A DNA stretch of 64,000 nt from Octopus vulgaris (taxonomy: Eukaryota): contig OX597833.1 in assembly GCA_951406725.2 (NCBI GenBank), forward strand, positions 59,458,001 through 59,522,000, in the 5' to 3' direction. Below the pieces are notes generated by a model. It searched no databases. It saw only the letters and a list, made by a program, of their open reading frames with translations, and was not told the origin of the DNA. The first letter of the stretch is position 1, and each line of letters starts with the position of its first letter. The position numbers and the translations under genes were made by a program. Shown here one piece after another: positions 1 to 17,928 of this stretch.

Positions 1-232
1 TTTCTTTCAATTTTGTTTCCATTTCTTGCCAAGTGTCTTCCTGACACCTAGGGCAGAGAAACGCACTGTACACATTGGGAGGCCATTAAAATGAACACGC
101 CAAATTGTCCAATTACAAAGTCATGTGATAGAGAAAAAAGGGAAAAAAGACAGAGAAAAAAATAAAAATAGAAAGTAAACAGAGAAAATAAAGGGGAAAA
201 GGGAGATTATTTTCATCATCATCATCATTATC

Positions 233-276
<44 letters not shown>

Positions 277-399
277 TTTTTTTTTTCTTCTTTCAAATTT
301 CTTCCATTTCATTCATGATGATATGCTGATCTCCTGGCACTACTACATCGATTATTAGTTACTCTTGTTTGTTCCTAAACCAAACTCAGTAGTTCGTTC

Positions 400-753
400 A
401 TTTTTTTTTTTTTTTTTTTTTTTAAAGTTAAATTAAAATACATGAGCAGCAACAGTTCTCACATCGACAATGCTCTTCTCAATACGTGTGATGTACCAGT
501 TAAGACAATCTTTTGCACTTCTTGCAGAGATGGTAAGCCAGGGATCATTTTCATATAATTTTCGGTTCCCTTCTTGATCATTCCTAGTGCTCCTACGATC
601 ACTGGTATTGTAACCGCCTTGAGATGCCACATTTTCTCAATTTCAATGAGTAGGTCTTTATATTTTCTGAGCTTGTCAAACTCTTTTGCTGAGATATTAT
701 GATCACAGGGGATGCTCATGTCGATCAATAAGCAAACTTTATTGTTTTGGTCT
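400..753 (-). mobile_element. 5'-truncated R4/Dong-like non-LTR retrotransposon 3' end (restriction-like endonuclease domain)
   Basis: ORF 459-728: LIDMSIPCDHNISAKEFDKLRKYKDL..E..KMW...TIPVIVGALG matches the RLE C-terminal motif. It starts directly after a (TAA)n tract on the minus strand. Confidence 0.8.
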
Positions 754-940
754 TATTATTATTATTATTATTATTATCATTATTATTATTATTATTGATG
801 TCGCACAGTATGCAATATTGTGAGGTTGATGATTGAAGATATTGTATCTACTGGTGGTTTGTACTGTCTGTCAAGTCACAACAAGGACCTTTGAAACGAC
901 TGTCTAATTATTATTAATATTATTATTATTATTATTATTT

Positions 941-971
<31 letters not shown>

Positions 972-1003
972 CATTATTATCATTATTATTATTATTATTA
1001 TTA

Positions 1004-1079
<76 letters not shown>

Positions 1080-1178
1080 CATTATTATTATTATTATTAT
1101 TATTATTCTTTCATTCATGATTATATGTTGATCTCCTGGCACTACTACATCGATTATTTTACTCTTGTTTGTTCCTCC

Positions 1179-1220
<42 letters not shown>

Positions 1221-1224
1221 TAGG

Positions 1225-4020
<2,796 letters not shown>

Positions 4021-7000
4021 AGGTAAATGTTCTCAGTAAACTGTATAATAAGCATAATTTTCAGCTTCAAAATCTTAAGGTGGCAATGACTTGCTCACGC
4101 ACACATACACACACACATTAGATTCTGTGATGCTCTTTAAGCAAAACATTATGCTGTTTCTCTAACTGAAAAAATATTGTGGTGTTTTGGCAATGTAAAG
4201 AATCATTATTGTTGTTCAGACATCGTTTACACTACAAAAGGATTCCCCTAACCATAAATCCTTTACTTCAGTAATTTGTACAAATATTTAAATTTACAAA
4301 ACAGCCAACCCGTTCCACTAGAGATATCTACTTTCATATAGATATTGATGTCTTAACAAGATAGCTTTTTGGAGGGTATAAACACAGTAAATTGTGTTAA
4401 GTTCTGTGAATTACTGGTCGTGCTTGCCTCGTTGATTTTGAAGGATTCGTACAGACAGGTTATTGAGCTTTGGGGCTAACAATGATGGAACTAAGTACTG
4501 TAAAATACTTGATCTGATATTGTAATATTTCTGCCAACCCTAATGAGAAATAATATTAATAGTGTATTTTCTGAAATTATGTAGCTACAAGAATACCATT
4601 AATTTGACTCTAACTAATTATTATATCTTAATTATATAAAACATATTTGTTTAGTGTAGTAGATAGGTTGTAGACAACTCAGCCTCATTTTATTGCTCTG
4701 TCAGTATTGGAGCTTTGAAAGTCAACTATAACTGTTTGAACTCAGAAATATGAGGCATTGAACTAGATAGTGTTGCATCTGTCTACCCTTTAAATCAATT
4801 CCTTGATATATTAATATAGAGTACCTATTTCAATACTTGAGCCGAGCCCCAAATTTTATTTACTATTTGTTAGTGTCATTCTATTTCATTTTTGAGAAAA
4901 ATAAAACAACTAGCACTCAATCTCTTTTCTTTCTCCTGTCTCTTATTCTATAAATCTTGAGATCTTATACTTTGGTCAGTGTTGACTAATGAGTTATTAA
5001 TTAGTGATAAATGTAACTTTCTAATTTTAATTTAAGGGAAACACATTGCCTAAATTGTTTGTATAACATTGATTAAATAATTTGGTATGATATATTACTT
5101 TCCTTAAAGATATCTTCTATTAATTACAATTTTCAACTAAAGAGAAGTATTTGGTATTGCTGTATTTCTCTTGATGTTTAATGCTCATTTTTTTCTTTTA
5201 TAATGAACTACTTCAGTTAATGATATTGTCCACTAATTACTATATAACTTACCTTTAAAGAGATTTAGCCAACTATTTCCCATAGCTAATTATGTATAAG
5301 ATGGTTTACTCAGCTGTTTCTCTTTGGTGACCCATTAAAATAATATTTGTTTTTCTTAGCAAAATAGATTTCAAAAAGTAAACTGGTTCTGCCACTTCTG
5401 AAAAACTGATTTCAAATCCTACCAGTTCTTTATCTGTCTTATATTGATTTACTTATTTTTACAAAGATAAGGAATAAATATTTTTACCATACTTCAGTAA
5501 CCTACATAGGAGGCAAGTCACAAAAAAAGATGAAAATATCTTTACATTTTTTTCATTCTTTCAAAAACAGTTTTGCTTTTAGAATTGCATTGCTTAAAAT
5601 AAATACATCTTGAATTTGACAAAAGAAATCGGCAAAAATGAATAGAAGAAAAATATAAGTTTATTAGAAATATTTCTTTACTTTTACTCTTTAAACTATT
5701 TAGTTTTAGTCATGAATTTAAGTTTATTTATAAATATTTAATAGAATTATTTATAGAGACTTCAGATGAAATTATACAATATATTTTGTTTTTAAAACAT
5801 CTTTTAAACCAAATATTGCATTCTTAAAAGAGTGATGCAAGCTTGCTTTTAGATTCAGTGTTTACAGCAAAATGAATATTTTAACATAAACCAAACTATA
5901 AAAGCAATAAGGAAAACTCCAATTTCTACTAAAAAGAACTCTACTAACTAAAGAACAATTTTTGAGGTTTTTTCTCCATTTTCGAAATAAAGAAGAAATC
6001 TCCTAATTTACTCTATGCTAACATGGCCCAATTTAAATTAACTATATCTTATCAGAAGGCAAAAGAAAAATGTTTATATGAACAAAAATAGCATCATTTA
6101 TTAAAATGTGTTGAAACTTAGTTTACTAAAATGTTTCATTAAACCAAAATTAAAGTAACATTCATGCAGATTAAAATTTCAATGTACACCCTTATTTTTG
6201 TTTTCAAATTCAGGTAAACTATATAACTTACTTTTATATTTTGTAATTAAGTCAGCAATGTTCTGTGGTAAACAATTAATTAATGATAAACTCTCACAAG
6301 TTAGAAGGGTGAAGGTTGATTTTTTTTTTTTATGTACTCTCAGATATATTTAATTTATTTTTATTTGATTTTTATTCCATCTGATGTTCCAACTCACTGT
6401 CTTTTCATTGGCTCCTTCCTTTCTCTACTGCTTCGCTGACTCAGTTATGCGCCACCATAAAACATAAACATCCATTCAATTTAATTATGCTGGCTGTCAT
6501 TTTTCAGTTCAGTATCAATTTATTTATTTATTATTTTCTATTCTGCTACTTTTTCTGATCGCCTTTCTTTCCTTACATTAAACTAGTGAATGTGCTTTCC
6601 CTATTCAATGACTGATTGATAAATCCTTAACTGATTGGGGCCGAGTATCATTTTTTTATCATCACATCACTAGTTCGATGATATAGCATGGCAACGGCAA
6701 TATATTTCCTAATGGTAATCTTTTTATTTCTATTCATCAACTCAGTTGTTTATTTGCTATCAGCGCCTTTCTTTAGACCAGCTAGCTATTTCTTTTCTCC
6801 TTCTTTTGTATTGTGCAATGCTATACAACAACAATTCCTTGCTGCACACAAACTTGCACATGTTTAAAACATCAACTTTTCTACCTATAAATCTATATGA
6901 TTTTCTTATAATGACACATAATTGTTAGTGCATATGTGTTTGTATGGTCTGTATACATTATGTACATATAAAGAATGCATATTTTTATTCAAATATTTTT

Positions 7001-10000
7001 ACAATTTCATAGGAAACTTGTTTCATAAAAATTTACAATATTTCATGTTAGGAATATAATTTATATATTTTAAAGGTAAGCAACATTATGCACGCATGCA
7101 TACATAAACATATACATCCCAGTTTCCTTATTTCTAACATATATATATATATACGCACACATGCACACATACACACTTGCACACATACACACTTGCACAC
7201 ATACATACATATTTATGTAGAATGTATGTATGATAGAGGAGTTTCAATAGAAATATAAATTTGAGGTGTTAATATTTTTTTCAAAAGAAACTGAGTATAT
7301 AGTCTAATATAAGTACAAGAAGCAGCGAGGATCAAAACAAAGGTACACATCTTTATTTTGAGTGAATAGTATATAAGTTTATGAAAAACATTTTCTTAAA
7401 TAAAATTATTCAAGTAACGTCTTTTTTTTTTTCAATAGATACTTTTTCTTGAATTTTTACCTGCAAGACTATGACTGGATTGCGTGTAGTTTTCAATAGA
7501 TTCCAACAAATAACTAGACTTAAATTATAAAAGAAATTAATCTTGGTTTTTTTTTAAGCTGATATTTACTTGGAAATACGAATATATAATGATGCATCAT
7601 GGCTGAAACAGGAGAATAAAATTGTTTTCAACTTTTGATTCAATACATTGTCAAATAGATTTTGTTGGTATTCCTACATGCTTTTTCACTAGACTTATCC
7701 ACCCCATCATCATTAACATTTGTACATTGATGTTTTTGTGCTGGCATAAGCTCTACTAGTTTACACTATCACCACTATTAAACTCTGGGTTTCCTCTTCA
7801 CTTGATCAATCTTGTTTAAAGTTTTCTTAAACTTCATTTTTGTCTCATTTATTTTTTATCCATGGCCAACTCATGATGACACTTTTCATCAAGTTCACTT
7901 AGTCATATCGCTTGTTCTTTTCCAGCAATAATCTTAACTTGCTCTCTTAAATTCACTCAAACTCTATTTCTTAATTATTCATTACTAATGATTATGTTCA
8001 TTTATGCCTATTCTTTATTCTTCCTTCACTGACCAGTTTCTCCTGTAGTTTAATATAACATTTCTAGAATATAATTGTCTTTTTAAAGAGAATCATCTAA
8101 CTGAGTCTGCTGAAATCCTCAATTTCATCAAGTTGCTTCCAAACTACTGTTGTCTTTTGTTACCAGCTTTGTTTAAACTTTCTCTTTGCTTAATTGATCC
8201 AAACATCCAGTATGTCTGTTCTTTCAATACACTTAAGTTGAGTGTTATATTATAGCTATCTGACTTGTTTCTATGATATAGCTCATGAGGATTTCTAAGT
8301 TTTTCACAATCTCTCACATCCCACATGCATTCTTATCTCTCTGGGTGACGTATAGATATTTTCGCTCTCTACTGATGTAAGAGGGAAAACCTAAGGGAAC
8401 TGAAATAATGATTCCAAAAATGATTTTTACAATTAAAAGTAGTAAAAATACCAATATATAACTATGATTGATGGTATAAAATATTTATAGTAACAATATA
8501 AAAGGATAACACAAGCATTGCTGTTTTATGGAAATGTCTATACAAAGCAAAAAAATCCCCAACTATATATTGTTAGTATCTGCCATGATCAATTACTTTA
8601 GTGGTGGTATAAACATAGCACAGTAGTAGGTTATATCCGAAACAAATATTAGGATGCTACTAAATCAACTTAAACCTTATACAGACAGATAGGTATGTAT
8701 ATATATATATATATAACATAGTGAAAGTCTTAAACAATACAGTTCATAGAATAAAACCTGTCTGATGAAGATGACTAACTGCAAGAGAAAAACAGGTCAT
8801 GTCTATTTTTTAGAAAAACAAAGTTAATATATTCTATTTGATGTAAAAGATCTTAGTTTTAAAAAAATTAAGGCCTCTTGTAAATATAATTATAATTGGT
8901 TGACAGATTTTATAAAGTCTCATTTTAACTGCTCAGTTTAGATTGTAAATATTTTCTATGACTAAATCCTTTAGAAATAGTTGATTTTAATTGTAATTGG
9001 AGTCAATTTCCAACAGCAAAATAGTGTGTAGTTTTATAAAAGATAATCATGTCCATATACATGTGATTATGTTAACTGCTCAGAGTTCTTTTGAAAGACC
9101 AACAGAGATAGTACAGGTTCTGACAGTTCTCTGTAAGATCCTTTAGATGCCATATGATGGTGATCTAGCAATTATAAAAACCTGGAAACAGGTTTTTATA
9201 ATTGCTAGCTATCACTAAGTTATCTTAACTACTATATTGTTGTTTATAAATTAATAGAAACAATGCTTTTTTTTCCTATTTAGACAGAAGAATTGGTTTA
9301 TTTTTGCAATTGGATTACAATAAAAATTATATAAACGTCAAAATATTTGTTAGATGATGTAATTTGAATATGATTTCTAAAACAACTAAACTCTTATGTT
9401 TCAGTGAATCTATAAGTCCATTTCATAAATATTTTTTTATCTTTAATCATATTCCTATGCGTCATGCTAACTAAAGCAATACCAATTAAAAGATTAAGTT
9501 TCATTACATTTGTTGCTTTTCCATTTTCTTTGCATCAAAGATAAGATTGATAATTTTAAACTACAGCTGAATTATGGAAAATGTTAGCTCATATCATAAC
9601 AGCACAAGTTATATATGAAAGCAAACAATGCTTAACTAATACTTTAAATTCTTATATAACCTACCATAATATTTTCTGAAAAGTTCTGTTTGATGTTTTG
9701 CACTGTAGTTTTTGAAAGGTTCTAAACCCTTAGAAGACCAATCATTTAAGAAACATTTAAAGGACTGCATATTTGCACAAGCAGCTTGTCACTACTTCAT
9801 CACCTTAATCTATCTCATACAGCCTCATTTATTTAGTTTTATCCACAATAAATAGTTTTATTCTTGGTAATCAAAGAAAACACTTGTAATATGAAAATAA
9901 CTATTAAAAAAACAACATTAAATTAGAGACTAACTTAGTGACTAAATTAGAGACTATCATAATATTAGAATTAATACCTGTAGTATTTTCAATTACATAA

Positions 10001-11639
10001 AATATACTTAAAATTAACCCACTTTCCATTTCTACCTCTCCTAATCTTTCCCACATTCATTTGAAGTTGATAATTCAGTCTGTTGCTACCACAAGTTTCT
10101 TCACCCACATAAAATGATGCAGTATAGAAGTAATGTTTATATAAATGAAAGCGTGCTGAGATTATTAGATCAATGAGGTAATGGCATGTGATAAAATTGG
10201 GTGGAGGAGCGTTATATATTGATTAGCTAAAGAACATGGATAAAGGGGTTATGAGATTTGGGTGAAATGTTTTGATAGTCATAGTGATGGTAGATCAGTG
10301 TTTTCTGGAACAAATAATATAAATATTGATATCAGGAAGAATGATGACCTCTCTAAGGATTTACTCGTCTACAGAATATTTCATAAACATGAGAAAAACA
10401 ATCATTATTGATTTTGTATTTTGATTAGATGCACATCAATAAAAACAATCTTTACTGGCATTGCTTATATATCTATTTTTAAATAGATTAATATTGAAGT
10501 TGAAATCACATCCAAATTGCTAAAAAATCATTTGGGGTAGACTTTGTTAATATTTCATCAAATTGATTCTTGTCATTTTCCAATCATTTTACTAAAATTG
10601 GCAAACCCTGTTACACTTCAAAGTATACATAGCATTGTTTTAACCTAATGGTTTCTTATCAATATACTTTCCATTTAGTCTGAACAGAGACCTTAAGAAA
10701 ATATTGTGCTTAAACAAAAATCTTTTATTTATTATAAATGCCTTTTGTTTAGTCAGTTTTAAGTGGATCAATGGAAATGAAAGTACAGAGTTGGTTGTGA
10801 GACTAGTATTTCAAACACATACACACACACATATACACTCACTTTAAGCTTTCTATAGAGATAAAGAAATAACAAGTAGCAGGATGTTGTGTAATGTATG
10901 TTTATGAATATATCTTAATCTTGTCTGTTTGAAGCAATCTTTTAGTCAATGAAACCAGATTTTACTTAATAACGCACCTCCTCCACCTCTCTAACTATGT
11001 GCTAGCTTTCTATAGAACAAGCAGGCAAAGATGAAATGACATATTTTGATGAGATCTTGCAGTGGCTTACTTACAAACATTATTTTGCATTTGCTTGTCG
11101 TTTCCTTCACTAAACTCGAACATTTGTTGGAATTAAGGTCTATTGAAGTATAGGAATGCATTGTGCTGTGAGGGGATACATTAAGAGTTAATCGGAGAAT
11201 GATGAAGGGAGAAAAAGAGGCAGTTGGCAATATAAATCAGCACATTGAGTGAGTGAACTAGATAAAGTCAATGCTTATATACACCAACAATTATTAGAAC
11301 AAATAGTGCAGTATCGTCATAGAGAATATAATGGCTAAGAGAGAATGTGAATTACTTAGTGGAAAGAATACTCATTTAGTTCTTAAGCCAAATTTACGTA
11401 TCAATTATTTATATGAGAAGGGTTTAATGACGTTTAGCTATATTTCATTGCTAAAACTATATAAATGCTTTAAATTTCACATAGGAAACATATATGGAAG
11501 AGATTAATGAATGATGCTAGTATTCTATCATCATTCACACTACCACATCATAGGAGGTAATGTACCTGGGTATTAATTCAACCTTTTCTAAATAGTTATC
11601 ACATGATTGTTATTTTATGTAATACAATTGCAGCATTAC

Positions 11640-11960
11640 TATATTACTGCTATAGTACTAATTATTACTCCTATAACACTAATCATTACTCTTATAGTAC
11701 TAATCATTACTCCTATAACACTAATCATTACTACTTTAACACTAATCAATATTGCTATAATATTAATCATTACTATTACTATAATACTAATCATTATCAT
11801 TTCTATTATTACTGACATAGTATTAATCATTATTGTTACTATGTTGCTGCTGTAATTCTAATTAATACTTATCATTACTACTTTAATACTAATTATTATT
11901 ACTACTATTACTGCCAGTATAGTAAGCATTATTGTTACTTTTATAGTGAATACTATACTT
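11640..11960. repeat. Degenerate ~21-bp minisatellite (ACTAATCATTACTCCTATAAC-like)
   Basis: Repeated ACTAATCATTAC units at about 21-bp spacing. Confidence 0.75.
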
Positions 11961-14900
11961 ATTAATACCGCTGGTATTTTAAAATTCTAAATTTGTTAGT
12001 TTACCATTGCGATAGTTAAAATACCATTGAGATATATAGTTAAAATAACTAAACACAGATGCAACAACAGTTATGTTAGGATTGCTTTTGACAAAGTCTC
12101 CATGTAATGTGAATGTTGAGCATAGATCTAATTTTGAAACCATGCAAGAGAAATTAGTTTTAGTATTGTAGAGTGAATGATGATAGACAGCAGATAGTTG
12201 TGTTGTTTGATTAACTGAGCAGACAACAGATACATGTATCCTTATCATGCATCATGCTGAGAATTAGCATGATACAATGTGTGGGACAAGACCAGAACTT
12301 TAAATCACAATCCATCTGATGAGCTTCTACTATATTTCTGTCTACACAATGTTACTCATAAGGCTTGGATTGATCTAAGGCTATGCTTGGTTAAAGGACT
12401 TGTCCAAGATACTGCACAGTGGGATTAAACCCAGGACATTATCTATTCTCAGTGATAAAATAATGTTTAATATCATAATTCCTCATGTGGCTTATCAATG
12501 ACCCTCAATATCTCCTTCACTTTACCATAAAAGCCTTCTTTCTATAAGTCCTCTTCACCACCACCACCACCTCAAATAACTTGTTTAATGTACCTTGTTG
12601 TCAATATAAAGGGATCTGAGCAGCACTTCAATGCTTCACATAACGTTGACTATGTTAATTCTTCAAATAATTTATTGCTAACAGACAGTACAGAAGTAAA
12701 GAAATACTCAAAACTTTAGATTAGTTTTATGTTGTTGCCATAAAACTTATATCAACCAATTGTCATTAGTAAGTCAGAATTATTTGATTATTTTCGTGTT
12801 GGTATTATTTGCCATCATAAAAATGGTATTATGAGACATTTGCTTTGAATGTAGAAAATTAAGCTAAAAATTACATGTAGTCTTGTCTGTATTCTTTTCA
12901 AAGTAATTAAATGAGTTATTTCAATGACTAAATGAAGGTAACAGTATTTTCTTGAATGATTTATTTCAGTAAGTAAATCTGCATACGATAATAATTTTTA
13001 TATCTTCTTAAATTGGTTCAAAACCATAAGAGTGTAAAGTCAATCATCAAAAGATAGGAGAAAGGAAAATATGCAATAGAACAGGATCTGCTTAGTGAGG
13101 AGGCAGGAATCTATGGCATTCATATAGTGTAAGCATCGTTTGATTGTGGATATAATATTAAAAAAATGTCTAAATCTTGTCAAGTACTCAGCAAGCAATA
13201 AACGTAAGAGTATAATCAACATCAAAGTAGCAGATATGGACTGGTATCACAGGAAGCTTCTAAAAGTGTACACAAACATTATATGCTGTACATAGTTTCA
13301 TGTTTCTGGTAAAGAACATAAATAGAATTGGTCAGCTTTGATAAATATCATAACAAAACCAGATCATAAAAGTATTGTAGTTGTTGTTGTTGATGTCTCT
13401 TGAACGTAAAAATTTAATACAGTTTGAAACTGGATCAGGGGAAAGTGTTTGGGAGCTTAAGAACAAAAGAAAATGAAACTTATCTCTCCAACATTGCGGT
13501 ATCTCACAAAGAGAGATGTCTCTTATTTAAAGCAACCCAAGAATTTCAATATTTTGACCATTTTGAAGGTTGTTATGAAATTAGTAAAATGTTATACATC
13601 ACAGTCGATGTTTTTTGCTCTAAATTTGAAGAAAAAATTACCAAAATTGCATTAAGAGTTAAGTCAATAACTCAACAATTTTTAAATGATGATCACCTGC
13701 TTCTTGATAATTTTGACAATGTAGGTACTGGAAGATGGTTGTAGTGAAAAGAGGGGTGTAACTAGGGTAGTATAGAGATAAATGGTCAGGAAGTTGCTAA
13801 CAAATACAGAGTTTTGATGATGTGTGGTAGTAAGTGATAGGTACTAAATATAATTTGTTGGATGTTGATCAGATATGTGTTTCAAATGGCTGGCAGGAAC
13901 TAGTAGAGGTTACTTTTGACAGAAGCAAACTAGAAAATGAATGGGTTGAAGTGGGATAAGATAATATGGTAGATGATACAAGGTTGTGAACAGATTCTGC
14001 AGATTCCACATCTAACCCATGTTTTAGGCAATAATGATGATGAACATAAAATTTTTAAAAACATTGTAGCAGAGCTAGCCCAACTAGAGAGCAAAGTAAG
14101 TCAGAATCATTATATTTAAGGATCTAAAAATAATTGAACTAAAGCTGAAAGATATGTTATAACTAACATTAGCTGAGTGTATAATATAATGAAAGATATA
14201 TTGACCACTGTTGCTCTTAATTGTACTATATAATCACTTGATATACTAAAAGTTCTACAGCAAACCCTAACTTTAAATATTTTTGATAAATTATAGGCAT
14301 GAAAGATTGATTATTCGATCATGGTCTAAAAAAATTGTAAACTGTTTTCTCTATTAATAATGTCACTAATTGTTTGTATTTTCTAAAATAAATTTCAACT
14401 GGTTTAAGGGAGTGTTTAATAGTGTCAAATTTGATAGCTATATAATTGTGTAAGAGAGAATTCAGTTTGTCAGAAAAGAAAGTGCTAACATTTCTAATAA
14501 AACCATCACCAATTGACTGTATTTCATAAGTTTTGCATGTATGAACGCTGGTGGGATTAAAGGTAATCCTAACAGAATTTGAACTCAGAACATTAAGGTA
14601 TTTACTCTGGCTCTTTACCATCTTGGTCACCTCTAACTTTCATTGCTTCTACCATTAACCTTATTAATAATTTCTACTTGTGATATTCATGCTTTTCTTA
14701 AGGCATTTACTAAGTGAAACAGTCCTGAATTGAAACCTGCTCGCAGGTATAGCTTTCTGAGGATTTGTGGTACTGTGTTTGCTCTAACGATAATAGTAAT
14801 TTCTAATTAAGTCTGATGTTTCAGTTGTTTTCTCCCACATGAAATAAAAACTGAAGCTCAATGACGATTGTGCTACTTTGATATGGGTGGGTAAACATAC

Positions 14901-17797
14901 TTTCGGAACCACCTGTTTTTTCAGACTCTGAAACAGCCATAGCTAAAATGATAACGTCATGTCATTTCTATCTGTAGCTCATTGGAATGGGCTTTGAAAT
15001 GAAATAGAAAGCTTCCTATATTACTATGGAACAATGATAATATTAATAGAGACTTTATTTTAAATGACATCAATAACCATTGTGGGTGGAATATCTCAGC
15101 ATTCATATTAAAGTATATAATGAAATTATGATACAAGTGTGTATACTGATAAATATCAGAACATATTGCATATGTATGTGTGTACTTGATGTACATATAT
15201 TTTTACTTATATATTTATCTCATGGTGATATATTATCTGATTGTCCTTCCTAAATTAAGTCTTCTCTGGATTCATGTTACCATGTGGTTGTCTATCGATC
15301 ATTTATGCTTTTGTTGCTTAATCTAGCAGAATAATAGCTTTGAAAAAGATTAATACTTAATTATTAATTTTGTTGATATTTTAGAAAATATTTCCTCATG
15401 TTAAATAGATTTTTTTTATTCATTTATTATATAATATGTCAAAGATTATACTTCCTATGTCATTCAAACAGTTTATATCATTGTTAACTGAAGCATTTCT
15501 CTCCTTCCATCACCATTTCACTCTCTTCATTCTAACATGCATGACTAATTGTTGTTAATTCTCATTTTAGCAGGCTATACACCAACACCATGGGGCTTCA
15601 GGTCCCAATAGAAGAACATGCCAGATTTGTCAGGGTGCACCTTGCAGTTTCTCACTCCACCCAGTAGCTGTATGTCACTCAAACATTGACAATTGACTTG
15701 ATAGAATATCTTTTGAAAGAAAATTACACACATATATATATACATATATATGATATATATATTATATATATATATAACATGTAGCTAATTTGCATTTTAA
15801 AATTTTTAAATGCAGCCATTGATATAGTTTTTTACAAAGATATTTTATAAATTTCATGTCCCCCTCAACAGGCAGCTCGTTACATTTTGACTTTGTTATT
15901 TGGATTTTTATAGGAATTATTGAATTGCAGTATTGTATGATAGGACTATCTTCAACGACTATAGAAACAAAACTATTGGTCAGATATAAATAATGCCAAG
16001 ATGTTTCACTAATAACAGAAATATTCCAAATTTAAATAAGGGCTTATGACGACATTATTATTATTATTCCACAATTTAAACACTCCTTTGCTGCTTTCAA
16101 TATAACATATTCAGAGATTAACAAGCAGATGCATTAATATTATAAATGTCCAGCTTATAATAGCGGACCTCTAAAACACCCAACACACGAATTGCTTTGG
16201 GCACAATACCTGTTCACTTATCGACTCACCCTGCTGTGGCATATTTTCTTATCAAACAATAAAATAATTCAAATGCAATATTGAATAAACTATTTTCTTT
16301 ACTACATAACAATATTTTGATAGTACATAGTTATGGCTGACTCAATATCATTATAGTACTCACCTGAAGTGAAAACCATTGTCTGTTATTTTCTATGTAG
16401 ACTGTGTTTTAAACAAAATACAGCCTATCAACAATGACATGTAGTCTGTACTTGACTAAGTATAGTTTATACACCATAAAAACAGCATACTATTGCTTTG
16501 GTGCACCGTGGTAGCAGGCCAATAACATATATTTCAACTTACATTAGGGTCAGGTTTATGGATAGTAGCTCAAAGCAAAATTCTCTTTTGCGGATGTTTC
16601 CTGATAGTCAATTTTACAAAGCTACCAGCTTCTGAAAGACGCCACCTGTTTGGGGCAATAGGGTTGAATGGTTTTGTTGATTAGCCCCAAATTTAAACCA
16701 TTAATCCAGCACTACAATGGCACTCGAGATGACTATTTGATAAACTGGCACTGAAAGTTGCAAATCACAATTGATTTGCTTCCCTCTTCAACTCCTCACA
16801 GACAATTGTTAACAACTGGAGCTACACTCTTTCAAAACAATCAATTGTATCACCATTTTAACTCTTCTCACTTTCCTCATTATTTCCTCATTATAATCTT
16901 TATTCCCATATTAATTAGAATAATAATTTCTCCAATAGTCTTAGTTTAATCATCACAGTCTATTTTGATATAATTTTGAACGATTTCATCTTTATTATTA
17001 AACATGAGGTCTTTTTTATGCTAATTGTTACAAAGAAATCATCATTTAGTAATCAAGCACTTTATAATTCATCAGGTTTACTCATATTATACAACCATAA
17101 TTATGCCATTCTTGTCTTAAATCGCAATAAGGTCTATTGGCAATTCCAAATTAGAGTGATATAGACTTCTACAAATATCGTTTGAAGCTACATACTTTAC
17201 AAACAAAGGTATGAGTGCAGACCCATGTTATCCTAAACTATAATTATATTTCTTTAAATATCCTTTCCTACATCCAAAATTTAAATTAAAAGATGTTTTC
17301 ATTCATCTTCTGCTTATTCTAATATTTTTGCATTTTCTTTTTCACCACTTTTTCACACTCACACACACACACGCATTTTAAGAATTTCTTCACTCACAAT
17401 TTACAATAATATTTAACTGATAGTCTTATAGGAAGTAACTAGTGTGTAGCTAGACTACTTCTTTCTAATGACCAAATCTTGACAAAACATTACTCCACTC
17501 ATCATTGTTTCAGTCAAGTATATAACAAGCAATTATTAACAAAACTTAATACTAACACTTTTTACTTTATAAAAACTAACAAATCTGTATTAACTAACAT
17601 TAGTGATGCTAACTTTTTACTAACTCCATCCTCTTAACAATGCTGCTGTTTCTATGACTACTATTATTCTACAAATACTATTATTACTGCTGCTGCTGCC
17701 ACTGCTACTTAATACATTGTCTCTCCTCCTCCTCCTCCTCCTCTTCCTACTACTACTATTACTACTACTACTACCACTACTACTACTACTATTTTAG

Positions 17798-17928
17798 TCA
17801 CCAACAGCAGGCCACCCCAAGCACCAGCTGGCAATACCGACATCAACAGACCAGCATCTTTGCAAGTACAACACCACATCTTATGGCTAGTCTTCACAAT
17901 AAAGAACACTTTCAAAAACTCAAAGAAG
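17798..17928 (+). CDS. Possible additional DII-DIII linker exon (xHQQQATPSTSWQYRHQQTSIFASTTPHLMASLHNKEHFQKLKE)
   Basis: attttag acceptor and GAAG|gtagtt donor. One open frame ends in phase 1, matching the 19997 exon. Splice signals are weak. Confidence 0.3.

Noticed and set aside
8755-8800. Hammerhead-like CCTGT-CTGATGA...GAAA-AACAGG
   Set aside because: No stem II pairing and no stem III or cleavage triplet.
13424-13744. 106-aa ORF as a channel exon or separate gene
   Set aside because: No recognisable motif, no convincing splice pair, and AT-rich intron-like composition.
14855-14940. C/D-box snoRNA candidate (ATGACGA...CTGA)
   Set aside because: Imperfect C box, weak terminal stem and no recognisable rRNA guide.
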